DNA of 64,000 bases. Source: Patescibacteria group bacterium. GTDB lineage: Bacteria; Patescibacteriota; Patescibacteriia; Magasanikbacterales; GWA2-37-8. This document shows positions 45,949 through 55,539 of the stretch, piece by piece. Location: contig JBAZUP010000002.1 in assembly GCA_041661385.1 (NCBI GenBank), positions 78,670 through 142,669 of the forward strand, written 5' to 3'. A program made the position numbers and the translations under genes. The notes under the pieces are model-generated. The model was not told the origin of the DNA. It did not search any database and saw only the letters and a list, made by a program, of their open reading frames with translations. The number at the start of each line of letters is the position of its first letter. The first letter of the stretch is position 1.

Positions 45949-46299
45949 ATGAGTGAACACGGTGGCGGACATGGTGGTGGGCATGCCGCTGAACACGGTG
46001 GCGGACATGAAAAAAAAGCCAAAGCGCATGGTGGTGGCGGACATGGTGGTGGGGGAGGAGCTGAAAGGAAAGAGCTTGCAATTATAGCGGGTCTAACTAT
46101 AGCGGGACCGGAATACGCGAGTAGTATTTTTAAATCTATGGGTTCTGCCTTTGACGTTGCTACTATCTTTCCAGCCAAACACGCTCTAGGAATTGCGGCA
46201 GGGTCAGCATCGGGAGTAGATTCAATTTCTACCGGTGGCATTATTACCGTGGGTCTCATTCTTTGGGATGCGTTTGGCGACGTATTATCGGCTATTTAG
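45949..46299 (+). CDS. His/Gly-repeat protein (HGGGHGGGH N-terminus) with hydrophobic C-terminal half
   Basis: MSEHGGGHGGGHAAEHGGGHEKKAKAHGGGGHGGGGG, then a G/A/I-rich segment. The minus-strand ORF 45945..46259 is its antisense artefact. Confidence 0.5.
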   Translation: MSEHGGGHGGGHAAEHGGGHEKKAKAHGGGGHGGGGGAERKELAIIAGLTIAGPEYASSIFKSMGSAFDVATIFPAKHALGIAAGSASGVDSISTGGIITVGLILWDAFGDVLSAI

Positions 46300-46302
46300 A
46301 AT

Positions 46303-46530
46303 ATGCAAAAAACTTTGAAAGAAAAATTTGTTGAACTGGTGAATAATAAATTTTCGGAGGAAGCATGTTTTAATTTTTTTGGTAATCTGAATGAAAATGA
46401 AATAAAATTAATGCTGGAAAATTTGTCCAAAGAAAACCCTTCATTAAATGCAGAGCAGAGGAATTTTTTACAAACCTATTTAGAAAAACTGCTTGAGAAA
46501 ATTGAGGAAATAAAAAAACAAACCCAATGA
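46303..46530 (+). CDS. small hypothetical helical protein
   Basis: 75-aa ORF, 3 nt after the previous stop. Charged helical sequence. Confidence 0.4.
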   Translation: MQKTLKEKFVELVNNKFSEEACFNFFGNLNENEIKLMLENLSKENPSLNAEQRNFLQTYLEKLLEKIEEIKKQTQ

Positions 46531-46544
46531 GGTTTGTTTAATTT

Positions 46545-47498
46545 TTAAGCGGTAAGAATTTTGCCCAGCACTTCTTCTAACGTGCCGTCGACTGTAAAGC
46601 CAGCGGCTTTTTTATGTCCACCGCCATTAAATTTTTTGGCGATGGCCGATACATCAACATCATTTTTTGTGGTGCGCAGGCTGCCTTTTATTTTTCCATC
46701 GGCGGTTTCGCTAAGGAGCAGAGTAATTGAAGTATTTTCTAAATTATTCAGGAAGTTGGAAATGCCTTCATATTCGCTTTCCGAAACACCCAGTTCTTTG
46801 ATATCGGCTTGAGTCACATATGTATGAGTAAGATTAAGCCGTTCATCTTTGGTCAGGCGGCTAAAAGCTTTACCCCAGAGCCGTAGTGAACCGATGGATT
46901 TATTTTTTAGGGTGTTTGAAGTTATTAAATTAAAGTTGCCTCCCGCTAAAATGAGTTCACCGCCGGCACGCAAGGCGTCACCTGTGGTCGCGGCGTTGGT
47001 GAAGTTGCTCGTGTCGGTTGAAAGACCGGTTAGAAGACTGGTCGCCATTTTTTGAGAAATGCGAATGCTGTTATGCCGAAAAAAGCGAAATAATATTTCG
47101 GTGGTCGAGGCGGCGGTTGGAATTACCAGATTAATGTCGCCGTAATTTTCATTGGAGGCGTGATGATCAATATTAATAATGGTGGCGCGATGTCCTTTTA
47201 CAAGTTCGGCGATGCCGGAATATCGCAAGTCGCCGGAGTCGAGCGTAACAATAGTATCAATGCTTGGGTCCTTAAAAATTGCCGGGTCAGAATAGATCGG
47301 AGCGGAATGATGTACGAAACTAAGTTTTGGATTGGGCGGAGTAACGCAAAAAATTTGTGCCTCGCGGCCAAGACTTCGCGCATATTCATGAAAGGCCGCC
47401 GCCGAACCAATGGCATCGCCGTCGGGATTTTGGTGGGGCACAATCAGGATTTTATGAGCTTTTTGAATGTGTTTATGAATTACCGTTGCTGCATGCAT
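46545..47498 (-). CDS. nrnA: DHH-family phosphoesterase, NrnA-like (oligoribonuclease/pAp phosphatase)
   Basis: DHH motif INIDHHASN. N-terminal HQNPDGDAIGS. DHHA1 GGGHKKAAG. Confidence 0.75.
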   Translation of the reverse strand: MHAATVIHKHIQKAHKILIVPHQNPDGDAIGSAAAFHEYARSLGREAQIFCVTPPNPKLSFVHHSAPIYSDPAIFKDPSIDTIVTLDSGDLRYSGIAELVKGHRATIINIDHHASNENYGDINLVIPTAASTTEILFRFFRHNSIRISQKMATSLLTGLSTDTSNFTNAATTGDALRAGGELILAGGNFNLITSNTLKNKSIGSLRLWGKAFSRLTKDERLNLTHTYVTQADIKELGVSESEYEGISNFLNNLENTSITLLLSETADGKIKGSLRTTKNDVDVSAIAKKFNGGGHKKAAGFTVDGTLEEVLGKILTA

Positions 47499-47670
47499 AT
47501 CAATAAAACGACTGTTTTTTGGCTTTAATTAGTTAAAAGTAATTAGAGATTATAGCTCTCTTGTCGCAATTTGTCAAGGTGCGGGGCAGGAATTAATTTG
47601 TTGTTACTAAATTATTAAGATTTATTTAATATAAAAAAACTCCGAGGTGACCCGGAGTTGAAATTGATAT

Positions 47671-48327
47671 TTAAAACAAGGTATTTATTGTTGGTGCCGA
47701 GGGTTTTGATTTTTTTCCAATGAGTTTGGAAGGGGGAGTGTTGGGGTGGGCTGTTAAGTATTTTTTAATTAAATTGTATCCAATAATGTAACCAGTAAAT
47801 CTAGGAATATTTCTTTTTTTTGAGCCATGAAACCACTCGTCATAATCGTATTGGCGAGAAAAAAAATGTTTTTTCGCTTTTTTAACTAATATATTTAGTG
47901 AATTTCCTTTGGAGTAGCGATAGTGAGGTTGTGGCTGATTGCCAGTTACCTCTGTTTCAAAATGGATTGCTAGACCTTCGTCAATCATGTCTTCAATTAA
48001 ATTCTTTGGATAACCAATTTTTTGGTTTCTTGCCGAGTGGAAAAGTTCGTGTGCTAAGGTTTTTGCTAGCTCAGAGCGAAGATTTTTCTTAAAATATTTA
48101 TGAGTAACATTTAATGCGATGTTTATTTTATGCTGATGTTCAGATTGACCGCTTATTATTCCAAAAGAAATATTTCCAGGGCTATGCATTAAAATAATAT
48201 CGATATTAGTAATCGGTATTAGTTTGGAGATTTTTTTAATTATTTCAGCCGCTGTTTTTTTTATTGCTTGTGCCTGACTTGTTAATGCTGGATTTCCATC
48301 CAGGATGTGAATTTTTACATTTTTCAT
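47671..48327 (-). CDS. putative zinc metallopeptidase (HExxH motif, DUF2268-like)
   Basis: AHELFHSARNQ...EGLAIHFE. Family guess only. Confidence 0.4.
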   Translation of the reverse strand: MKNVKIHILDGNPALTSQAQAIKKTAAEIIKKISKLIPITNIDIILMHSPGNISFGIISGQSEHQHKINIALNVTHKYFKKNLRSELAKTLAHELFHSARNQKIGYPKNLIEDMIDEGLAIHFETEVTGNQPQPHYRYSKGNSLNILVKKAKKHFFSRQYDYDEWFHGSKKRNIPRFTGYIIGYNLIKKYLTAHPNTPPSKLIGKKSKPSAPTINTLF

Positions 48328-48414
48328 ATTAAATATTATGCGGTCGGTAGGTGCGACTACCGACCGGTTTGTCCACTTTTGATCTCACTCGCACGTAATG
48401 TTGGCCGCGGTTGC

Positions 48415-48579
48415 TTAGAATATGCGGAAAACGTTCTTGCGCTCCCTGTTGCGATTGGAGTTCGTCTTCTTGCCCATGTCGATCCAGGACGAGTTCTTCT
48501 TCGCCGAGTTGCTCGGCTTCTTCTCGTGCTTGTCGCGATTCTTCTTGTAGTTGCCGGTGTTTTGGTTCCCGTGCGCCAT
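48415..48579 (-). CDS. GC-rich islet: small basic protein (54 aa)
   Basis: Hand-translated MAHGNQNTGNYKKNRDKHEKKPSNSAKKNSSWIDMGKKTNSNRNRERKNVFRIF. Perfect SD aaggagg 7 nt upstream. Hairpin cggtcggtag...ccgaccg downstream at 48341-48368. Below the ORF-track cut-off. Confidence 0.4.
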   Translation of the reverse strand: MAHGNQNTGNYKKNRDKHEKKPSNSAKKNSSWIDMGKKTNSNRNRERKNVFRIF

Positions 48580-48735
48580 TACAACCTCCTTGTTAATCCG
48601 TCAATTATTTGACGGAGTTACTGTAACGTTAGCAAAAAATGATCAAAAGGTCAATTATCGCATGAGTCACTTTTCATAAAGAAAAGGTCGTGATATAATA
48701 ATTTCGTGCAATTTTTGAATTGATGTAGTGGAAAC

Positions 48736-51700
48736 ATGTATCTTAAGCGTTTAGAAATACAGGGTTTTAAATCTTTCGCTAATAAAACCACCTTAGACTT
48801 TTTGCCTCCCAAAGATGGCGTTTTTAGTTTGACATCGATTGTCGGACCAAACGGCTCCGGCAAATCAAACGTGACTGACGCAATTCGCTGGGTAATGGGG
48901 GAGACAAGTATGAAAAATGTCCGCGCTAAAAAAAGCGAGGATGTTATTTTTAATGGTTCAGAAAATAAAGGTGCGATGGGGTCGGCGGAAGTTTCCATGA
49001 CGCTCGATAATAAAGATAATGATTTTAATGACGAAGTGCTGCAAAATTATCCGGAAATCACAATTACGAGACGTTTGTATCGAACCGGTGAAAGTGAATA
49101 TTTGGTGAATAATATGCCGTCTCGGCTTATTGATATTCATTTGCTGCTTGCACGCGCCCGCTTCGCTCAGCATGCCTACAGTATCGTTGGTCAAGGCATG
49201 ATTGACCGGCTACTCACGGTTACACCGGCGGAACGCAAAGATTTTTTTGATGAAGCCTGCGGAATTAAAGAACAACAAATTAAACAACATCAGGCGCAGC
49301 TGAAACTAGTTCGCACTGAAGAAAATATTAAACAAGCCGAGACTTTGCTTGCGGAAGTTGAGCCGCGTTTGAATCTGCTCCGCCGGCAAGTTCGTAAATT
49401 GGAAAAACGACAAGAAGTAGAACAAGAGTTGACGGCCGCGCAGGAAAGATATTACTCGATTTTGTTTAGCCGCAGTAAAAAAGAAATGGATGAAGTAAAA
49501 TTAAAACTTCAAACTTTGAATACCTCATATCGCGCCGGATTTTCCGATTTGGAAAAAACCCAAGGCGAACTCGCCGAACTCGCGCGCGGTTCTTCACGTC
49601 AGCAAGTTTTTGAATCTTTGCAAAATAAATATCAGGAAGTGGTAAAAGAAAAAAATGAGCTGGAAAGGCAACTCGTTATTTTGGAAGGTCAAATGCAGAC
49701 CAAATATAGCGAAGCTGGCGCGCACAATGTGGGCTGGATAGAAAATAAGGTTAGTGAACTGTCTTTGAATATTTCCGGAGTAAAAGGGAGGCTGGAAGAG
49801 GCGAGAGCTGAGGCGGATCGCAATGCAAAAATGGCCAGTGAACAAAAAAAGCAGCTTGAAAATATTAGCATTGAACAAACTCAGCAACGGCTTAAAATTT
49901 CCCGGTTGCAGACCCAGCTTCTTAGTAATCAATCGGAACAAAGTTATCGCGATATCGTCGGTCTTACAGCAGTAAAAGCAGTTCTTGAAAATCGTAAGAA
50001 ATTTGGCAAGGTGCACGGTCTCGTTGCTGAACTCGCCGAAGTAGACGAGGAATATAGGCTCGCCCTCGAAGTTGCGAGTGGCGCTCATTTATCTTCGATT
50101 GTGGTAGAAGATGAAATAGTCGCGAGAGAAGCGATAAATTTTTTGCGTGAAAATAAATATGGCGTGGCTACTTTTTTGCCCCACACCAGAGTTCGCGCCC
50201 GCCAAAGCTATACTGAAACCGAAAGCTTGCTTCGCGAAGAAGGGGTGCTTGGCAAAGCGATAAATCTTATCCGATTTGATTCGAAGTTTGATAATATTTT
50301 TTCAATGATCCTCGGCGATACGATTGTTGTTAAAAATCTCCGCGTGGCAGAGCGACTTGGTATTGGCCGCGCGCGCATGGTCACGCTCGATGGCGATTTG
50401 GTTGAGCAGCGCGGTATTATGCGTGGTGGTTATCGAAATCGGCGCGGTAATATAACTTTTTCCGCTAAACTGACTCTTAGTAATGATGAACAGATGCAGG
50501 AAATGCAATCTGCTCTTACCCTTGAAACAAATAATTTAGTCGAACTCGAAAGAAAAATGGAAAGCACTAAATCAAAAATGGTGGATTTTTCTATTTTGGA
50601 ACGTTCTTCAACTGAAAAAGTTCGAATGATTGAAAGTGAACTGACTAATGATGAAAAAGAAGTGGCGACTTTAAAACGAGAACTATCATTATTCCAAAGC
50701 GGTCCTGAAGAGTACAGCCAGCACCTGAAGGGCATGGCGGAAGAAAAAGAAAAAGTTTTGAAAAAAATTCTTGCTGCTGACAAAATTGTAGTCGCGGCGA
50801 GCGGTGATATTGAAAAGTTTAATCGTGAGGAAGAAGAAAAGAAGCAGCGAGTATTTGCATTGCAAGGGCAGATGCAAAAGGAGCAGGAAAAAGTAAATCA
50901 AATCTTAAATGAACGTAATGACCTGAGCGTGCAAATGGCCAAACTGGAAACTCACCTGGAAGATTTATCTCAAGAAGTGATGAACGAAATGAAAGTATCG
51001 CTTGAATCAGTGGTAAGCCGCGTGCCGACCCCGGTTGCAGACGCGGCGCAATTGGATGTTTTGGCCGGTGATATTCAAAAATTAAAATACCAACTCAGTT
51101 TAATTGGCGGAATTGATGAAGAGGTAGTAAAGGAATATGGAGAAACCAAAGAAAGATATGAATTTTTGGATGGCCAACTTACCGATCTGCGCTCCGCAAT
51201 GGAAGACCTCCAAACGATGATTGAAGAACTTGATGCGCTCATGAAAAAGAAACGAGCGGTTGCGTTTAAAAAAATTCGGCATGATTTTGATCGATATTTT
51301 CAGATTTTATTTGGTGGCGGTAAAGCCAATTTAGAAGAAATATATGGTGAACCGCCGGTAGAAATCGAAGAAGTGATTGGTGCGGAGGTAAGTGGTGTCG
51401 CGCTTGTGCAGCAGAATGAAGCGGCTGAAGAAGAAAAAGAAGTTAAGAAAAAGAAAAATGAAAAAGTTTTAACCGGTATTGAAGTAATGGCTAATCCGCC
51501 CGGAAAAAAAGTTCGTTATCTTAGTATGCTTTCTGGTGGTGAAAGAACCCTTACTTCCATTGCACTTATTTGCGCGATTTTGTTCAACAATCCTTCGCCG
51601 TTTGTGGTGCTCGACGAAGTTGAAGCGGCGCTTGATGAAGCTAACACGCTTCGCTTTGTAAAAATCATGTCTGAACTTTCTCATCATTCACAATTTATCA

Positions 51701-51822
51701 TTGTTACGCACAATCGTGTTACGATGCATGCGGCAGATGCTTTGTACGGCGTGGTTATGGGCACAGATGGTGTTTCGAAGCTGCTTAGCGTTAAAATTGA
51801 AGATGTTGCCAAAATTGATTAG
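48736..51822 (+). CDS. smc: chromosome segregation protein SMC
   Basis: N-terminal Walker A GPNGSGKSN, long coiled coils, hinge, C-terminal LSGGE signature and Walker B VLDEVEAALD. Confidence 0.9.
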   Translation: MYLKRLEIQGFKSFANKTTLDFLPPKDGVFSLTSIVGPNGSGKSNVTDAIRWVMGETSMKNVRAKKSEDVIFNGSENKGAMGSAEVSMTLDNKDNDFNDEVLQNYPEITITRRLYRTGESEYLVNNMPSRLIDIHLLLARARFAQHAYSIVGQGMIDRLLTVTPAERKDFFDEACGIKEQQIKQHQAQLKLVRTEENIKQAETLLAEVEPRLNLLRRQVRKLEKRQEVEQELTAAQERYYSILFSRSKKEMDEVKLKLQTLNTSYRAGFSDLEKTQGELAELARGSSRQQVFESLQNKYQEVVKEKNELERQLVILEGQMQTKYSEAGAHNVGWIENKVSELSLNISGVKGRLEEARAEADRNAKMASEQKKQLENISIEQTQQRLKISRLQTQLLSNQSEQSYRDIVGLTAVKAVLENRKKFGKVHGLVAELAEVDEEYRLALEVASGAHLSSIVVEDEIVAREAINFLRENKYGVATFLPHTRVRARQSYTETESLLREEGVLGKAINLIRFDSKFDNIFSMILGDTIVVKNLRVAERLGIGRARMVTLDGDLVEQRGIMRGGYRNRRGNITFSAKLTLSNDEQMQEMQSALTLETNNLVELERKMESTKSKMVDFSILERSSTEKVRMIESELTNDEKEVATLKRELSLFQSGPEEYSQHLKGMAEEKEKVLKKILAADKIVVAASGDIEKFNREEEEKKQRVFALQGQMQKEQEKVNQILNERNDLSVQMAKLETHLEDLSQEVMNEMKVSLESVVSRVPTPVADAAQLDVLAGDIQKLKYQLSLIGGIDEEVVKEYGETKERYEFLDGQLTDLRSAMEDLQTMIEELDALMKKKRAVAFKKIRHDFDRYFQILFGGGKANLEEIYGEPPVEIEEVIGAEVSGVALVQQNEAAEEEKEVKKKKNEKVLTGIEVMANPPGKKVRYLSMLSGGERTLTSIALICAILFNNPSPFVVLDEVEAALDEANTLRFVKIMSELSHHSQFIIVTHNRVTMHAADALYGVVMGTDGVSKLLSVKIEDVAKID

Positions 51823-52012
51823 TTATAATTATTAAAGACCGAATAACCCAGGTTTTGCGGGCGTTGGGTTGACAAAAGGTCTTTTTTTTGTTATTTTAAG
51901 TTATTAATTTTCGATATTGATTTGGGAATATTGTTCCCAAATCAATGTCCGAAAATGGACAGATGTAATTGTTCTTTTTATCGCTGTCTAACTCTAACCA
52001 AGGAGTAGCGCC

Positions 52013-52342
52013 ATGACCACAACCAAAAATCATCGCGTCCTTATTGTTGCAAGCTTGACCGATGGAGACCCCACTCCCGAGCAGCTGAAAGACGCCGTGT
52101 TCTTCGACAGAAAAGTCTCTTTTTTCTATACCATGCCGAGCGAGGCCGCGGCCGAGTTCCACATGCTTCCGGAGGGGACTATCGAAGTTAGGTTGTACAA
52201 GGCAATGCAGACCAAGCCGGGTGCTTTTTTGCTCCGGGGTGTGTACTATCACCCCGACGGCCAGAAGCCCCTCACCGTGGACGGGATGTATTATACGAAT
52301 CCGGTCTCCGGCTTCCTCGATCTCGGAAAAACCTTTGTCTAA
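52013..52342 (+). CDS. GC-rich islet: small protein, paralog 1 of 3 in tandem
   Basis: SD aaggag upstream. Shares VSFFYTMPSEAAAEF / DGMYYTNP with the next ORF (VVFTYTTDSEAARAL / NGTYYPV). Confidence 0.4.
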   Translation: MTTTKNHRVLIVASLTDGDPTPEQLKDAVFFDRKVSFFYTMPSEAAAEFHMLPEGTIEVRLYKAMQTKPGAFLLRGVYYHPDGQKPLTVDGMYYTNPVSGFLDLGKTFV

Positions 52343-52359
52343 TTATTTGGAGAACAGAA

Positions 52360-52662
52360 ATGAACAAACTTTTTCTTCTCCATGTCGTTAAGGGGATAAA
52401 CCCGTCTGTGGATCATTTGCTGAACAAAACGGAAAGGGTGGTTTTCACCTATACGACTGATTCTGAGGCGGCAAGAGCGCTCAAGATTCCTGATCATGGT
52501 CAAATGTTTTTCAATTTGACCTGTTGCATTCTTAGCTCCGCCCTAATCAACGTCTTCGTTGTAAAGGGCAAAAGCATCGATGACCGACTTCTAATGAACG
52601 GGACTTATTACCCGGTCAAAGAGGTTGGCAAACTGGCTGTTTGCATGAACGTGCCGAAATAA
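52360..52662 (+). CDS. GC-rich islet: small protein, paralog 2
   Basis: SD ggaga upstream. See paralog 1. Confidence 0.4.
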   Translation: MNKLFLLHVVKGINPSVDHLLNKTERVVFTYTTDSEAARALKIPDHGQMFFNLTCCILSSALINVFVVKGKSIDDRLLMNGTYYPVKEVGKLAVCMNVPK

Positions 52663-52685
52663 ACATTTCAGCATTGGGAGACTCC

Positions 52686-52982
52686 ATGTCGCATTCGAGA
52701 AAAATCCACATTCTTGACCTTACCACGGAAGTGGATGCAGAGAAGGCATTTGCTTCTTTGTTCAAGGGAATACCGATGGAAATCGGCTTCAAAACCGACA
52801 AAAAAACTGCCCAAGCAATTGGGATCGAGGTTCGTGGCAATCTCAATGTTTCCTGGTGCCACATTACCAGAATGGCGGAGATGTTTGTTTTCGAAGGAGC
52901 GTGCTCGCGCGGATTCAGCGTGCGCTGCTGGTATTGCCCAGATCGGTCCATCCGCCGCATTGAGCTCAAGGAAAAGAGTTAG
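52686..52982 (+). CDS. GC-rich islet: small protein, possible paralog 3
   Basis: Start chosen at MSHSRKIHILD with SD gggag (track ORF begins 52641). Similar size, weaker similarity. Hairpin ctgccga...tcggcag after the stop. Confidence 0.35.
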   Translation: MSHSRKIHILDLTTEVDAEKAFASLFKGIPMEIGFKTDKKTAQAIGIEVRGNLNVSWCHITRMAEMFVFEGACSRGFSVRCWYCPDRSIRRIELKEKS

Positions 52983-53138
52983 ATTGTTGTAAACAGGCCT
53001 GCCGACCTGAACTTCGGCAGCAGTATATTGGAGTATAAATATTGACAAACTCCCGGGTTTATACTATAGTAATGCTGCTCTCGCCCTAAATGGGGTCAAA
53101 AAAAGTCACAGTTTTATCTAAACTGAAAATAATACATT

Positions 53139-53513
53139 ATGTTAACCATTCGCTTACAACGCGTTGGAAAAAAGAAAATTGCCACTTATCGTTTGGTCAT
53201 TTCTGAAAAAGCCCGCGACACCCAAGACCGATATTTGGAATTACTTGGTACTTACAACCCTCACGCAAAAGAAAATCAATTTTTGCCAATTGCTGAAAGA
53301 ATTACTTATTGGATTAGCAAGGGTGCAGAAACTTCCCCAACTGTTCACAATCTTTTGGTAAAAGCCGGCATCTTGAAAGAAAAGAAAGTTAAAGCTGTTT
53401 ACCTTTCAAAGAAACGCCACGCCAAGATTGCTGAAAAAGCCGCTTCAAAGAAAGCCGCTGACGATAAGAAAGCCGCAGTCGCCGCAGCACCAGCTCCGGA
53501 AGTTGCAGCCTAA
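53139..53513 (+). CDS. rpsP: 30S ribosomal protein S16 (bS16) with Ala/Lys-rich C-terminal tail
   Basis: MLTIRLQRVGKKKIATYRLVISEKARDTQDRYLELLGTYNPH. Confidence 0.9.
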   Translation: MLTIRLQRVGKKKIATYRLVISEKARDTQDRYLELLGTYNPHAKENQFLPIAERITYWISKGAETSPTVHNLLVKAGILKEKKVKAVYLSKKRHAKIAEKAASKKAADDKKAAVAAAPAPEVAA

Positions 53514-53570
53514 GCATAAAAAGAATATACTACCCTGCACTGAAATAGTGCAGGGTTTTTTTTAAAATTT

Positions 53571-54557
53571 ATGGATAATTTATCATTTTTAGAACGGCCT
53601 AAATTAAACGGCGAAATTTCAATTGTTGGCATTCCGCTTGATTTGGGAAAAGATTCGGTCGGCACGGACAAAGGGCCGGCGGCTTTGCGCAAAGAGGGTG
53701 TTTCTTCCATGCTCGAAGAAATCGGTTACAAGGTGGAAGATGTCGGTGATATTTCTTGCCCGGATCAGACTATGGCCGAGGTTGGAAATACAAAAGCAAA
53801 ATATTTAGATGCAATAGTTACCGTTTCTGAAAATATCGCCAAAGTTGTCGCTGAAAAAATTAAGAGCGGTAAAAAGATTTTGGCAATTGGCGGAGATAAT
53901 ACAATTTCGATAGGAACACTTTCTGGTGCGGGGGAGGCGTTTAAAGACGATTTAGGAGTAATTTGGATTGATGCGCACGCTGATATTAATACCGATGAGA
54001 CCAGTCTTTCCGGAAATGTGCACGGCATGCCAATTTCCGCCGCGCTTGGCCTAGGAAATAAATCTCTAGTTGGTATTCGTTCGGCCGGCCGAAAACTTAA
54101 GCCGGAAAATTTAGTTTATGTAGGTCTGAAAGATTTAGATCAGGCGGAAGTGGATATTATTAGAGAACAAAAAATTGCGAGCGTTACCATGCTGGAAATT
54201 GCCGAGCAGGGGTTAGCTCCAGCTTTTGAAAAAATAAAAAAATTATCGCAAAAAGTTTCTAAAGTATGGGTCTGTCTCGACATTGATTCAATGGATGAAG
54301 AGTGCGCGCCCGGTACGCCCATGGCGACGAGGGGCGGTTTGAATTATCGTGAAAGTCTTAACCTTGCTAAATACATCGGAAAAGTTTGTAATGTGGCCGG
54401 TGTTGATGTATCGGAGCTTGCGCCGGATCTTGATTCAGAAAACAAGACTTCGCGTTTAGTTGTTGAACTGATTGCTAATTATTTTGGCGGTCAATACTCC
54501 TGGTATACCCGTTATATGAATGAAGAACAGAAGAAACAGGCAAAAAGACGGGGTTGA
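53571..54557 (+). CDS. arginase/agmatinase/formiminoglutamase-family hydrolase
   Basis: Mn-binding motifs GGDNTISIG, IWIDAHADINT, SLDIDSMDEECAP-like DxDxxDP context. Confidence 0.7.
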   Translation: MDNLSFLERPKLNGEISIVGIPLDLGKDSVGTDKGPAALRKEGVSSMLEEIGYKVEDVGDISCPDQTMAEVGNTKAKYLDAIVTVSENIAKVVAEKIKSGKKILAIGGDNTISIGTLSGAGEAFKDDLGVIWIDAHADINTDETSLSGNVHGMPISAALGLGNKSLVGIRSAGRKLKPENLVYVGLKDLDQAEVDIIREQKIASVTMLEIAEQGLAPAFEKIKKLSQKVSKVWVCLDIDSMDEECAPGTPMATRGGLNYRESLNLAKYIGKVCNVAGVDVSELAPDLDSENKTSRLVVELIANYFGGQYSWYTRYMNEEQKKQAKRRG

Positions 54558-54661
54558 CTTTTCACCCTATTTATGGTATAATGTATTCATTGAAAAGCAG
54601 TACTGGTAGGTCCTGAGTTAATCAGGATTCTGCACTACGTCGACAGGCTGCACTTATAGAA

Positions 54662-55018
54662 ATGTTAAGAATTGACAATATGGAAATGGATCAAAAGTTT
54701 GTTGAAGATGTCGTTCGCGCCATCACCAACAACCCAAGCGATGTCAAAACCAACAGAACCATCGACGAGCGCGGTGTTCTCATCACCTTAGATGTGAATC
54801 CAGCCGACATGGGTTATGTTATTGGTCGCCAGGGTCAGACTGCCAGATCTATCCGCACTCTCCTCAAAATCGTTGGAGCCAAGAATAACGCTCGCGTTAA
54901 CTTGAAAATCAACGAACCAGTAGGTGGTCGCGGACCAGCTCCAAGAATGGACTCACAAATGGGTTCAATGGACTCACAGCCAATCGATACCAGCGCTGTA
55001 GACAATCTGGAAATCTAA
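54662..55018 (+). CDS. KH-domain RNA-binding protein (KhpA/UPF0109-like)
   Basis: GYVIGRQGQTARSIRTLL KH core. Sits in the conserved rpsP - KH - (rimM) - trmD neighbourhood. Confidence 0.7.
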   Translation: MLRIDNMEMDQKFVEDVVRAITNNPSDVKTNRTIDERGVLITLDVNPADMGYVIGRQGQTARSIRTLLKIVGAKNNARVNLKINEPVGGRGPAPRMDSQMGSMDSQPIDTSAVDNLEI

Positions 55019-55162
55019 AGATAAAAAATCTTCAAACCACTCCGAGTAATCGGGGTGGTTTTTTGTTAAAAAAATACGGTGCACAATTGGATACTTCTTT
55101 TTTTTATTTTATGCTATATTAGTCTCAGCGTTTCCATAAACCTCCACCCATGAGGGTTCGGA

Positions 55163-55417
55163 ATGGCACTCAAGCCTCATCACAGAAAGCAGCGTGAGCG
55201 CATTCTCGCGGACGTACTTCTTCGGGAGGCCGAGGCAGAATTGCCGCTTGGCCACAAGGTTCACATGTTCCGGCCGAAGCCGGAATTCCTGATGATTCAA
55301 GGAGACACACTCGAGGAGTGGAGGAAGGCTGTGCACCCGTACTATGCACAACTCATCGCCGACGCAGTGCGGGAACTCGCAGCCATGAGGAGTGCCGGCA
55401 TCATGCTGGCCAGTTAG
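55163..55417 (+). CDS. GC-rich islet: small hypothetical protein (84 aa) occupying the position where rimM is expected
   Basis: GC-rich block 55130-55480. 12-bp perfect hairpin gggcgtcccgac-tttt-agtcgggacgccc after the stop. Confidence 0.35.
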   Translation: MALKPHHRKQRERILADVLLREAEAELPLGHKVHMFRPKPEFLMIQGDTLEEWRKAVHPYYAQLIADAVRELAAMRSAGIMLAS

Positions 55418-55446
55418 CCGTTTCACGGCCATTCGTTCTTTTCCAC

Positions 55447-55478
55447 CAGGGCGTCCCGACTTTTAGTCGGGACGCCCT
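55447..55478 (+). terminator. perfect 12-bp hairpin after the islet gene
   Basis: gggcgtcccgacttttagtcgggacgccc. Confidence 0.5.
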
Positions 55479-55539
55479 AATCATTATATTAAGTTGTTTT
55501 TTAGTATTTTTCATGTTAGGATAGGCACATAATTTATAT

